The position numbers were made by a program, and so were the translations under genes. A stretch of 64,000 bases of DNA from positions 2,784,001 to 2,848,000 of the forward strand of contig CAXXLL010000003.1 of NCBI GenBank assembly GCA_963662545.2. Reading direction: 5' to 3'. The stretch is from Gammaproteobacteria bacterium. Its GTDB lineage: Bacteria; Pseudomonadota; Gammaproteobacteria; Ga0077536. Each line of letters begins with the position of its first letter. The first letter of the stretch is position 1. This document shows positions 21,654 through 30,859 of the stretch, in pieces. The notes under the pieces are model-generated. The model had not been told where the DNA came from and searched no databases. It was given only the letters and a program-made list of their open reading frames with translations.

Positions 21654-23174
21654 ATGAAGGAGATGTTGACGGTGGAGACGATCAGGAAGATTCGATTAGC
21701 AGCACGTGATGGCAAGAAGTCTATTCGCCAGATAACAAAGGATTTCAACGTATCGCGCAATACGGTGCGTAAAGTTCTAAGGAGTGATCAGACGCACTTC
21801 GAGTATCACCGAGATACGGTGCACCGACCCAAGCTCGGTCCGTTTATCGATACATTGACGACGTTGTTGAAGCACGCTCAGCCTCTGCCGTTGAAGCAAC
21901 GGCGTACAGCGCAAGGTTACTACGAGGCACTGCAGGCCGAAGGTTACCGCGGTGCTTACGATAGCGTGCGTCGTTTTGTGAAGAACTGGCGGGCAGAACA
22001 TCAGGGAAGTCCTACCGACGCCTACATCCCACTCGTATTCGAGCCCGGCGAGGCCTTCCAGTTTGACTGGAGCCACGAGAAGATCGTCATTGCCGGGGCC
22101 ATGACCGACGTGAAGATTGCCCACCTCCGCTTGTGTCACAGCCGCCTGTTCCTGACCGTCGCTTATCTTCGCGAGTCACAGGAGATGGTGTTCGATGCCC
22201 ATCGCAGAGCCTTCGAGTTTTTCGGTGGCGTCACCCGGCGCGGCATTTACGACAACATGAAGACGGCCGTGTGCCGCATCCTGCGAGGCAAGGAACGCGA
22301 CTTCAACCGCCGCTTCGAGGAACTGGCCAGTCATTACCTTTTTGAGCCGGTGGCCTGTACGCCGGGCGCGGGCTGGGAGAAAGGTCAGGTGGAGAACCAG
22401 GTGCGCACGGTCCGACGGCGATTGTTCACGCCCACGCGCAAAGCCGCGAGCCTCGATGATCTCAACCACGCACTACGGGCGGAGTGCCTGCAGTGGGCGA
22501 AGAATCAGCGTCACCCAGTCCTCAAGGATCAGACAGTATGGTCCGTCTTTGTGTCTGAACGACCTTCGTTACTGACCTTGCCACGGGCCTTTGACGGTTA
22601 TGCCGAACGTACCGTGCGCGTCAGTTCAACCTCGCTGGTGAGTTTTGACCGCAATCGCTACAGCGTCGATTGCAAAGCGGCCGGTCGGACCGCTGAGCTC
22701 AGAAGCTATGCCGACAAGATCGTGGTGATGCACGGTGGCGAGTGCGTGGCCCAGCATTCACGCTGCTTCCAGCGCGATCAAATGATCTTCGACCCGTGGC
22801 ATTACCTGCCGGTGCTGCAGAAGAAGCCCGGAGCGTTACGCAACGGCGCACCGTTCAAGGACTGGGATCTGCCCCGATCCATTCATCGTACCTGGCAGCG
22901 GCTGAAGCATTATCCCGACTGGGATCGGCAACTGGTCGACATCCTCGCCTGCCTACCAGGCTATGGCCTGGATGCCGTTGCCGATGCTTGCAACGAGGCA
23001 CTGAGCAACGGCTCGGTGAGCCGCGACGTCATCATCAACCTGCTGGCCCGGCAACATGAGGAAGCCAGTCCCGAAATCGTCACCATCCCGGCCCACCTGG
23101 AACTCAACGAACCGCCGGTTGCAGACTGCGCCCGTTATGACCGCTTCAGGAAGGAGGGGGTCCATGTCGCGTGA
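21654..23174 (+). CDS. istA: IS21 IstA
   Basis: [22 protein letters not shown]. Confidence 0.95.
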   Translation: MKEMLTVETIRKIRLAARDGKKSIRQITKDFNVSRNTVRKVLRSDQTHFEYHRDTVHRPKLGPFIDTLTTLLKHAQPLPLKQRRTAQGYYEALQAEGYRGAYDSVRRFVKNWRAEHQGSPTDAYIPLVFEPGEAFQFDWSHEKIVIAGAMTDVKIAHLRLCHSRLFLTVAYLRESQEMVFDAHRRAFEFFGGVTRRGIYDNMKTAVCRILRGKERDFNRRFEELASHYLFEPVACTPGAGWEKGQVENQVRTVRRRLFTPTRKAASLDDLNHALRAECLQWAKNQRHPVLKDQTVWSVFVSERPSLLTLPRAFDGYAERTVRVSSTSLVSFDRNRYSVDCKAAGRTAELRSYADKIVVMHGGECVAQHSRCFQRDQMIFDPWHYLPVLQKKPGALRNGAPFKDWDLPRSIHRTWQRLKHYPDWDRQLVDILACLPGYGLDAVADACNEALSNGSVSRDVIINLLARQHEEASPEIVTIPAHLELNEPPVADCARYDRFRKEGVHVA

Positions 23175-23895
23175 TTATGTGATGGGGCTGATGAAGTCCC
23201 TGAAGTTTGTGGCGATCCCGAAAGCCTATGATGAGGTCCTCGCCACCGCCCGCAAGCGTAAGCAAACGACCGAGACCGTCATCGAGCAACTCTTCGAGAT
23301 CGAGGTCAGTGAGCGTCAGGCACGATCGATTCGTTACCGCATGACGCAGGCACGATTCCCAGTGTCCAAAGATCTGGACAGCTTCGAGTTCGACAAGCTC
23401 TCCGTCGAAGAGACGCAGATCAAGAGCCTCTACGGTGGCGACTTTATCGAGGAACACCGCAACATTGTTTTTGTCGGCGGCACGGGTACCGGTAAAATGC
23501 ATTTGGCAACCGCCATCGCCTCGCAGGCTGTGCGATCCGGCTATCGGGCCAAGTTTTTCAACCGGGTTGATCTGGCCAACCCGCTCGAACAGGAAAAACT
23601 CAACGGCAAAGGCGGTCGTCTTGCCGATCGACTGGCTAAATACACCGAACTGGTGGTGCTCGATGAACTCGGTTATCTGCCATTTTCAAAGAATGGCGGC
23701 CAGCTCGTTTTCCACCGGCTCTCTCATCTTTATCAACGCACCTCGGTCATCATCACCACCCACCTGGCCTTCGGTGAATGGCCAGCGGTCTTTGGCGACA
23801 AGAAAATGACGACCGCACTGCTGGATCGAGTAACACATCACTGCGACATCATCGAAACAGGCAACGACAGTTGGAGAATCAAGCACAGAGATTAA
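23164..23895 (+). CDS. istB: IS21 IstB (degenerate Walker A)
   Basis: GGTGTGKMH; LDELGYLPF. Confidence 0.92.
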   Translation: MSRDYVMGLMKSLKFVAIPKAYDEVLATARKRKQTTETVIEQLFEIEVSERQARSIRYRMTQARFPVSKDLDSFEFDKLSVEETQIKSLYGGDFIEEHRNIVFVGGTGTGKMHLATAIASQAVRSGYRAKFFNRVDLANPLEQEKLNGKGGRLADRLAKYTELVVLDELGYLPFSKNGGQLVFHRLSHLYQRTSVIITTHLAFGEWPAVFGDKKMTTALLDRVTHHCDIIETGNDSWRIKHRD

Positions 23896-24267
23896 TGCAA
23901 AAAACCATTTCTGGGTGGGTCAATATTCGACGCCGATAGTGGGTCAGTTTTCGATGCCTATTTACACACAGGACGATAAGACTGCAGTGAAGTGGTACAC
24001 CCTTGCTGCTGAACAAGGGTATGCATCTGCCCAGTACAATCTGGGTTTGATGTACGTCGAGGGAGAAGGCGTCATACAGGACAATGTCTATGCCCATATG
24101 TGGTGGAACATCGCCGCATCATCTGGGGAAAGTGAGAGTGAGAAAGCATCTGCAAACAGAGACATTGTTGCGGAAGAGATGACCCCTGACCAAATCGCAG
24201 AAGCACAGAAACTCGCCCGAGAATGTGTTGCGAAGAACTACAAAGGGTGCTGAGTAGAACTCCCCCT

Positions 24268-24364
24268 ATGAACCGTGTCCTCGCACCCATCCTCCTGCTG
24301 ACCCTCCTGTTTCCCACATTCGCAATCGGGGAGACGATGGACGACTTGGTGGAGCGGGACGGTA
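24268..24364 (+). pseudogene. 5' fragment of a secreted protein (possibly MORN-variant/YwqK-like), cut by IS3 elements
   Basis: Manual translation MNRVLAPILLLTLLFPTFAIGETMDDLVERDG, then an IS end; family assignment is from recollection of similar N-termini. Confidence 0.5.
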
Positions 24365-24421
24365 TGAGAGAAGTGGACCCCGGATCTTGGACACTGTCTT
24401 AAGTGAAATCTCCACTGGGTC

Positions 24422-25261
24422 TTAGGCCGCTTGGGCGACCTCATCGAAGTACACCGCATCCGGGGTGCGTCGGTCCAGCGCCGTGTGGCGGCGCCGAGCA
24501 TTGTAGAAATCGAAATAGCGGGTGAGGCCGACACGCAGCGCGGCCGGCGTGTCATAGGCTCGCAGGTAGATATCCTCGTACTTCACGCTGCGCCACAGTC
24601 GCTCGACGAAAACGTTGTCGAGCCAGCGCCCCTTGCCATCCATGCTGATCGCCACGCCGTGTGTCTTGAGCACATCGGTGAACGCCTCGGAGGTGAATTG
24701 CGCGCCCTGGTCGGTGTTGAAGATCTCCGGCGCCCCGTACCGAGCCAACGCCTCCTCAAGTGCCTCGACACAGAACGCACTGTCCAACGTGTTCGATACC
24801 CGCCACGAGAGCACCCGCCGCGAGTACCAATCCATCGCCGCGACCAGATACATGAACCCCCGGGCCATCGGGATATAGCAGATGTCCGTTGCCCAGACCT
24901 GGTTCGCCCGCGCGACCGAAATGTCCCTGAGCAAGTACGGGTAGACCTTATGGCCACGACCCGCCACGCTTGTGCGAGGCTTCGGATAGAGCGCCGCCAG
25001 CCCCATCTGGCGCATCAGTCGCTGCACCCGCTTGCGATTGACCCAATGCCCGCGGGTCTCCAGTTCGTCGCGCATCCGACGACTGCCGTAGAACGGGCGT
25101 TCGAGATGAATCTCGTCGATCAGACGCATCAGCGCCAAGTCTGCCTCCGACACTGGGCTCGGGCGGTAGTACGCCGTCGAGCGCGCGACCTCGAGCAGCT
25201 CACAGCGCCGGGTGACCGGCAACGAATGTTCGCGCTGGACCATCTGTCTGCGCTCGCTCAT
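24422..25261 (-). CDS. IS3 OrfB transposase
   Basis: PFYGSRR, WATDICY, NTDQGAQF, DNVFVERLWRSVKYE. Confidence 0.94.
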   Translation of the reverse strand: MSERRQMVQREHSLPVTRRCELLEVARSTAYYRPSPVSEADLALMRLIDEIHLERPFYGSRRMRDELETRGHWVNRKRVQRLMRQMGLAALYPKPRTSVAGRGHKVYPYLLRDISVARANQVWATDICYIPMARGFMYLVAAMDWYSRRVLSWRVSNTLDSAFCVEALEEALARYGAPEIFNTDQGAQFTSEAFTDVLKTHGVAISMDGKGRWLDNVFVERLWRSVKYEDIYLRAYDTPAALRVGLTRYFDFYNARRRHTALDRRTPDAVYFDEVAQAA

Positions 25262-25551
25262 CGGTCGCGACCGAGCGCTTTGGATAAAAAATCCTTCTCC
25301 ATTGTCAGTTGACCGATTTTGGCGTGGAGCTTCTCGGTCTCGCGTTCACCGTTCTCGCCTCCGTCCTTAGCGCCATTGCCAAAAAACTCCTCCGCATGCG
25401 ACAACAGCTTCTTCTTCCAGTCCTGGATTTGATTGGGGTGAATATCAAACTGCTCAGCGAGTTCAACCATCGTGCGGTCCTCTCGAACCGCCGCCAGAGC
25501 CACTTTCGCCTTGAAGCTTGCCGAATGATTGCGTCGTTTCCTCTTTGTCAT
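25258..25551 (-). CDS. IS3 OrfA
   Basis: RRNHSASFKAKVAL...HPNQI..WKK; start placed at MTKRK. Confidence 0.9.
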   Translation of the reverse strand: MTKRKRRNHSASFKAKVALAAVREDRTMVELAEQFDIHPNQIQDWKKKLLSHAEEFFGNGAKDGGENGERETEKLHAKIGQLTMEKDFLSKALGRDR

Positions 25552-25639
25552 CTTCTGCTCCTTCTCCGCCGAGTACTTTAATACAGAAGATTTCACTTAG
25601 CTCCGCCGTTCAGCTGTCCAATCGATGGGGTCCACCGCT

Positions 25640-26073
25640 GAGTGGCCCACCTTTTCGGACGATCTAGCGGCTGAGTTAAGGTGTATTCCGGTTGTTTCTC
25701 AGGTCGCCAGAATCCCCTCGGTTCGAGCTTCCTGTTGCTGTTGTTGCGCCTGTGGAGATGTGGGCAAGGCGCGGAGCGGCTTGTCCATCTTATCCACAGG
25801 CGGGTCGCCGCGGCCTGCCTCTGCCGGGGTTCTCCCGTCCAGCGCCGAGTGCGCTCTCTCGAGGTTATAAAAGCGGACCCAATCACCGATCAGGCGCCGG
25901 GCCTGGGAGCCGTCGGCGCTCTCGTGCAGCGTTCGATCCCCGCGAAGCGCCTTCAGCGCCACCTTCGCCTTCAACTCCCCCGAAAACCTGCGTCGCTTGC
26001 TGCTCATTCGCATTCCTCCGTCAGACGGTGGAATACACCTTAACGGCCTGTCCGGTTTTCCGGGGCCACCTTA
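25640..26073 (-). mobile_element. Internally deleted IS3-family derivative
   Basis: OrfA N-terminus (RRRFSGELKAKVAL) fused to OrfB C-terminus (FYNLERAHSALDGRTP); IS3-like end ...GGGGCCACCTTA. Confidence 0.78.
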
Positions 26074-26917
26074 CAGTACGGCGGCGTCAGGGTGTCAAAC
26101 CTTGGCGCCTCGCGCGCAGGCCCCAACAAGTGAGACACCGAGACCCATAGGTACTTAAGCCAAACGCCGACGTGGTTGGAGGACCCCCCTGGTGCTTCAA
26201 GCCAAAGGGTCCCATCGGCGACTCTTTCCACATGCGCGATAAACTTAATTATCGCGTATCGGGAACCTGGTTCAGCCATGATGTGAGCGTCCAGGACGTG
26301 AGCCGGGGCCCGCGTCGACCGAGACCGACAGGGGCCAGCAATACTGCGCACAGGGTGTCATCGAAGGGTCATGAGATTCTGCGCGCCAGGGTCGCCCGGG
26401 CCATCGCATGGGGCTATCGCCCCGCGGCCACCGGCACGCCTTGCTCGCGGATCACGCGCTATCGCCGTCCGCTGCGAGGGCGGCTACTCGTCAAGGCGGC
26501 GCGGGAATTGCGGGGCCGTCTAGCTATGACGGCTTTCAGCGAAGGGGTGTTGTCCGGCGTGTGCATCGACGCGTCGTTGAGAAACAGGAATGCGCGATAC
26601 GTCTTCCAGCTCAAGGCGCGCGACGAGGCGGCTCTCGTGATGGCTACGCGGCTTCACAACCCAAAACATTCATGCCTTGACCGGCCCCCCCACCAGAGGG
26701 CCAGTTTGGATGTGAATTTAAGCGCCAAGGTTTTAAATCTCCGAGATTTGTGTGGAGTACAAGAATCAGCGTGACACGACGGGGCGCGAACAAGAAGCTC
26801 GCGTTAATCGCGCTCAACAACGTTTAATCAATGCGAGTATCTCGACGCAACTACACTGGAATTACACATAGGTGATCCGAATGATTAGCAGGCCATGCTG
26901 TAACGCGCTGAATGAAA

Positions 26918-26993
26918 TGGTGGCCAGGGGCAGAATCGAACTGCCGACACAGGGATTTTCAGTCCCCTGCTCTACCGACTGAGCTACCTGGCC
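26918..26993 (-). tRNA. tRNA-Phe (GAA)
   Basis: GGCCAGGTAGCTCAGTCGGTAGAGCAGGGGACTGAAAATCCCTGTGTCGGCAGTTCGATTCTGCCCCTGGCCACCA; 76 nt with encoded CCA. Confidence 0.98.
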
Positions 26994-27283
26994 ATTGAGA
27001 AGCGGAAAATTAGAGGCGGAAAGCCGAGAGTGGGACTGAAATCCGCCGATGTCGCGCTTGCAAGTGCGGCGGTATTAAATCGGGACTTAAGAGGCGAGTC
27101 AACCCGGTTAGGGCCGGTCGAATAGGCGGCGCCATTAGTGGAAATTATCCTGATTACGGGCGCTTGGAACCGATTGAGCCGGGCAAGGGGAAAGCGAAGA
27201 GTCTGAGGTGATGCCTTGACCTTTGATGCTGTAACGTCAAATATTGCTGGTCTAATTGCCATCATGAATCCGGGAGTCTAGCT

Positions 27284-27910
27284 ATGTCGACGAAGTGGTC
27301 AGCAAAAGGCGAATATATGGAAGCGTGCAGTTGCGATTTCCTCTGCCCCTGCATTGCGAAAAACATGACGACCCCCGCGACGCATGATTTCTGCAAGGTC
27401 GCGCTCGCTTTCGATATCGCATCCGGCCAGTTCGGCGACACCTCGCTCGACGGTGTGCGATTCGTGATGTTCGCCGAGTCCAAGGCCATTATGGGCGCGG
27501 GTGAGTGGATCGGCGGCGTGGTCATCGATTCTTCGGCGAGCGGTGAGCAGGCAGCGGCCGTCGGGGCGATTGCGGGAGGCGACGGCGGTGGGCCCCTGGC
27601 CATGTTCGCGCCCTTGATCAGCGACTTCCGCGGCGTCGAACGTCATTCGATAGAATTTCACAAGGACGGTAAGAACGTCAGCGTAAAAATCGAAGGTTTG
27701 TTGGACCAGGCGGTCGTTGGTGTCGACAGCATGTCGGCCGAGGGCGACTGCATTGCGCTCGACAATACAGCGCATCCGGTCAACAAGCGGCTCAACCTGG
27801 CCAGCGCTACGCGTAATGTCATCAATGCCTTCGGCATCGAGTGGCGGGAAGACTCGGATCGTACCAACGGTCATTTCGCATCGTTCGAATGGCAGGGCGA
27901 GGCGGCGTGA
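27284..27910 (+). CDS. DUF1326-family protein
   Basis: GEYMEACSCDFLCPC N-terminus; paired with the DUF2182-like gene. Confidence 0.85.
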   Translation: MSTKWSAKGEYMEACSCDFLCPCIAKNMTTPATHDFCKVALAFDIASGQFGDTSLDGVRFVMFAESKAIMGAGEWIGGVVIDSSASGEQAAAVGAIAGGDGGGPLAMFAPLISDFRGVERHSIEFHKDGKNVSVKIEGLLDQAVVGVDSMSAEGDCIALDNTAHPVNKRLNLASATRNVINAFGIEWREDSDRTNGHFASFEWQGEAA

Positions 27911-28686
27911 ACTTAGGCCGCGCGCCGACTCTTTATTCAATACAACGAACGTCAAGCATCGCGGCGCTTTTGACCGTCGCGGCGGCGGCATGGTGGTTCC
28001 TGATCGCCAGCGAAGTCGCCATGAACCGCATGGCAGGCGACGGCCCCATCATGGAGCTCATGTGGCTCATGATGACCCCAGTCGATACGGTGCCCTACCT
28101 CTTGGCCGCATCGACGATGTGGATTGCCATGATGATCGCCATGATGATCCCGGCGGCCGTGCCCATGGCCTTGATCTATCGCCGCATGGATCGCGGCGCC
28201 TCATCGAATCTCGATACGTTCATTTTTTCCTGCGGCTATCTCGCGGGTTGGTCATTCTATTCGCTCGGCGCGGCAGGCTTGCAATGGTGGCTGCATTCGC
28301 GGGGAACGCTGCACGGCCATCTGCTCGTCACCGGCGCGAATCTGGCGGCTGCGATCTTGATTGCCGCGGGGGTCTACCAACTCACACCGCTCAAGGAGGC
28401 TTGTCTCAACCGTTGCCGCAGTCCGCTCGGATTTTTCATGGAGAACTGGAAGAACGGACGGCTCGGCGCATTCAAGATGGGCCTCCATCATGGGCTTTAC
28501 TGCGTCGGCTGCTGCTGGGTATTGATGTTGCTCATGTTCGCCGGCGGAGCGATGAGCGTCGCGACCATGGCGGCGCTCAGTATGTTCATACTCGCCGAGC
28601 GTCTGTTGCCGGCCGGGCCGTGGGTCTCGAAGATTCCGGGACTTATGATGATGGGGTGGGGTGGGGTGATATTTTGGAGTGCGTGA
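27907..28686 (+). CDS. DUF2182-family putative metal-binding membrane protein
   Basis: MMIAMMIP, YQLTPLKEACL..CRSP, CVGCCW; GTGA overlap start. Confidence 0.87.
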   Translation: MNLGRAPTLYSIQRTSSIAALLTVAAAAWWFLIASEVAMNRMAGDGPIMELMWLMMTPVDTVPYLLAASTMWIAMMIAMMIPAAVPMALIYRRMDRGASSNLDTFIFSCGYLAGWSFYSLGAAGLQWWLHSRGTLHGHLLVTGANLAAAILIAAGVYQLTPLKEACLNRCRSPLGFFMENWKNGRLGAFKMGLHHGLYCVGCCWVLMLLMFAGGAMSVATMAALSMFILAERLLPAGPWVSKIPGLMMMGWGGVIFWSA

Positions 28687-28809
28687 ACGGGAAGCCGATC
28701 TCGCCCGCAAGCGGGCGAATTAATTTTTCCGCCGAGGCTAACGCAAGCTTCCGACATGCTAAAGGATCGTTCTGATCCGTTTGCATAGTCGCGCTGAGCT
28801 TCATCCGTA

Positions 28810-29082
28810 TCAAGGATCCGGATCGACGTACTCCTTCGGTCTTTCCGATCCTTCACCGAAGAAAAACTTATCCATTTCCCCTTCCAGGAAAGCCCGATCT
28901 TTGGGATCGATGGGCGTCAGCCGATTTTCATTGATCAACATGGTCTGGTGCGCCAGCCACATCTGCCACGCTTCTTTGGAGACCTGTTCGAATATTCGCT
29001 GACCAAGTTCACCGGGATAGGGAGGCATTTGCAGGCCCTCGGCGTCGCGCCCGAGTTTGATGCATTGAACAATTCTCGACAT
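28810..29082 (-). CDS. yggX: Fe(II)-trafficking / oxidative damage protection protein
   Basis: [27 protein letters not shown]. Confidence 0.96.
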   Translation of the reverse strand: MSRIVQCIKLGRDAEGLQMPPYPGELGQRIFEQVSKEAWQMWLAHQTMLINENRLTPIDPKDRAFLEGEMDKFFFGEGSERPKEYVDPDP

Positions 29083-29092
29083 AGTGACTTTC

Positions 29093-30184
29093 TCAAAGCC
29101 TGTTTGATCGCAGTGTTTTCAGCAGCCGGCTGACCGGTGCGGGGAGTCCGATTTTGATCGAATCCTCGCCCGAATACCAGCACAGATCGTCCGCGTCGGC
29201 GACGTGTTCGAAAGCTGCGCCTGCATCCAGCAACAATGGCTGAATTTCGAGCCTGAAATGCGTGAATTTATGCGTCATCGATCGCAGACGTCCGCGGATG
29301 CAGGCGTTACGAAAACCGAGAGCGGTGACGCGCTCGACCAGCTTCATTTCGTCCGCCGCTTCGGGGAAGCTCCACAGTCCGCCCCATACGCCGGACGGCG
29401 GCCGCCGCTGCAGCAGCACCTGGCCTGCCTCGTTTTCGATGACGAGAAAACAGGTTTTCCGGTGCGGCAAATCGCGTCGGGGGCGCGGTTCCGGATAGGC
29501 CTCCACACGGCCGAGGCGCCGCGCTTTGCAATCATCGCGGAGCGGACAGCATTCGCAATCCGGTTTGCTGCGGGTGCAAACGGTAGCTCCGAGATCCATG
29601 ATCGCCTGCGTATAGTCGCGGGGATTGTCCTCTGGCACATAGCGCGCGGATAAGTCCCACAGCTTTTTCAGTACCGGAGTCCGCCCCGTCCAGCCTTCGA
29701 TAGCGTGGTAACGAGCGAGCACGCGTTTGACGTTGCCATCCAGGATCGCGACTGGGCGGTTGCCGGACAGCGCGAGGATAGCGCCGGCCGTCGAGCGGCC
29801 GATACCCGGCAGACCGATGAGCGCCTCGAGTGATTGGGGAAACCTACCGTCGTATTCGTCAACCAGGATGCGTGCCGCGGCGTGCAGATTACGCGCGCGG
29901 GTGTAATAGCCCAGTCCCGACCATAAGTGCAAGACGCCGTCGATTGATGCCGCCGCCAAGATGCTTACTTCGGGGAAAGCGAATACGAAGCGCTCGAAAT
30001 AGGGAATGACGGTCCTGACCTGGGTCTGCTGCAACATGATTTCCGACAGCCACACGCGATAATCCGTACGCTCCTGTTGCCACGGCAGGTCGTGGCGGCC
30101 GTGTTCCCGGTACCAGATGATGAGGCGTTCGCTGAACGCGTCGTCGTCAGCGCATTTCGCGCCGCCGGCTGGTCCGATGATCAT
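29093..30184 (-). CDS. mutY: A/G-specific adenine glycosylase
   Basis: [37 protein letters not shown], Fe-S cysteines. Confidence 0.97.
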   Translation of the reverse strand: MIIGPAGGAKCADDDAFSERLIIWYREHGRHDLPWQQERTDYRVWLSEIMLQQTQVRTVIPYFERFVFAFPEVSILAAASIDGVLHLWSGLGYYTRARNLHAAARILVDEYDGRFPQSLEALIGLPGIGRSTAGAILALSGNRPVAILDGNVKRVLARYHAIEGWTGRTPVLKKLWDLSARYVPEDNPRDYTQAIMDLGATVCTRSKPDCECCPLRDDCKARRLGRVEAYPEPRPRRDLPHRKTCFLVIENEAGQVLLQRRPPSGVWGGLWSFPEAADEMKLVERVTALGFRNACIRGRLRSMTHKFTHFRLEIQPLLLDAGAAFEHVADADDLCWYSGEDSIKIGLPAPVSRLLKTLRSNRL

Positions 30185-30738
30185 GTGCCCTCGTATGCCT
30201 CGGACTGAACGATGCGCTCGATATTGTCACAGGAATCCCGTAATTCCTTGAGAAACACACGTTTTAAAATATAGGGTCCGATCACGGGCGGGATCCAGAA
30301 AGTCGGCGTTTGCCGGGCGCTGATGCTCATACGCGTGCGCCCGCCAGCAACGGTTTCTATGCGCCATTCGGCAACACCGTCTTCAAACGTACTTTCCTCG
30401 GGTACGATCGTGGTCACGATCTTATCGGGCATTTCCTCGACGGTCTCGACGAAATTCAAATCGAAGCAAAATAGGAGAATGCATCGACGCAATCGGAGCA
30501 CGCGTTTGAGGGAATGCGCGCCGTAGCGCTCGATGACGCGGCTTTCGACGATATGACTGTTGATTCGATCCAGACGATCGTAGTCGGTGACGATGGCGCG
30601 AACTGGGGCGGTTGCAGCGTCGATCACGAATATAAACGTATACGAGTAAGTTCCGCGATCAAACTCAATATCCGCGCGTTCTGTCTCGACGGCAGTTGCC
30701 GTCGCTGAAAGCAGGATCAGAGCGGCGGCGAGCTGCAT
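30181..30738 (-). CDS. Secreted SRPBCC/START-like protein
   Basis: Signal peptide; TDYDRL, P.FWIPPVIGP patterns. Confidence 0.6.
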   Translation of the reverse strand: MQLAAALILLSATATAVETERADIEFDRGTYSYTFIFVIDAATAPVRAIVTDYDRLDRINSHIVESRVIERYGAHSLKRVLRLRRCILLFCFDLNFVETVEEMPDKIVTTIVPEESTFEDGVAEWRIETVAGGRTRMSISARQTPTFWIPPVIGPYILKRVFLKELRDSCDNIERIVQSEAYEGT

Positions 30739-30859
30739 CTATCCTGCGATTCCAGCGTGTGAGACCGCTTTATCCAAAAATGCGTTCGTGCGGCGACAGC
30801 CTCTTACGCGAACGATGGATTCCAACAATACCAGCACGGTGTCGGAGCGGAATAAGCCA

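Larger units (their letters stand above)
21552..23966 (+). mobile_element. IS21-family element #3 with 8-bp target duplication
   Basis: Ends TGTAAAT... and ...ATTTACA; CACAGGAC at 21544-21551 and 23967-23974. Confidence 0.96.
21114..24253 (+). pseudogene. Secreted Sel1-repeat protein interrupted by IS21 #3
   Basis: Signal peptide; AQYNLG.MY..G.GV.QD repeats; joining 21114-21551 to 23975-24253 gives a 238-aa frame. Confidence 0.93.
24369..25639 (-). mobile_element. IS3-family element with 3-bp target duplication
   Basis: TIRs AGAAGTGGACCCC / AGCGGTGGACCCC; GAG at 24366-24368 and 25640-25642. Confidence 0.9.

Noticed and set aside
24431-25312. 293-aa plus-strand ORF
   Set aside because: Antisense shadow of the IS3 transposase.
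26076-26917. ORFs between the IS3 remnant and tRNA-Phe as a possible integrase
   Set aside because: No recombinase motifs or recognisable domains.
27717-28775. 352-aa alternative-frame ORF
   Set aside because: Arg-rich off-frame overlap of the DUF1326/DUF2182 genes, typical of high-GC DNA.
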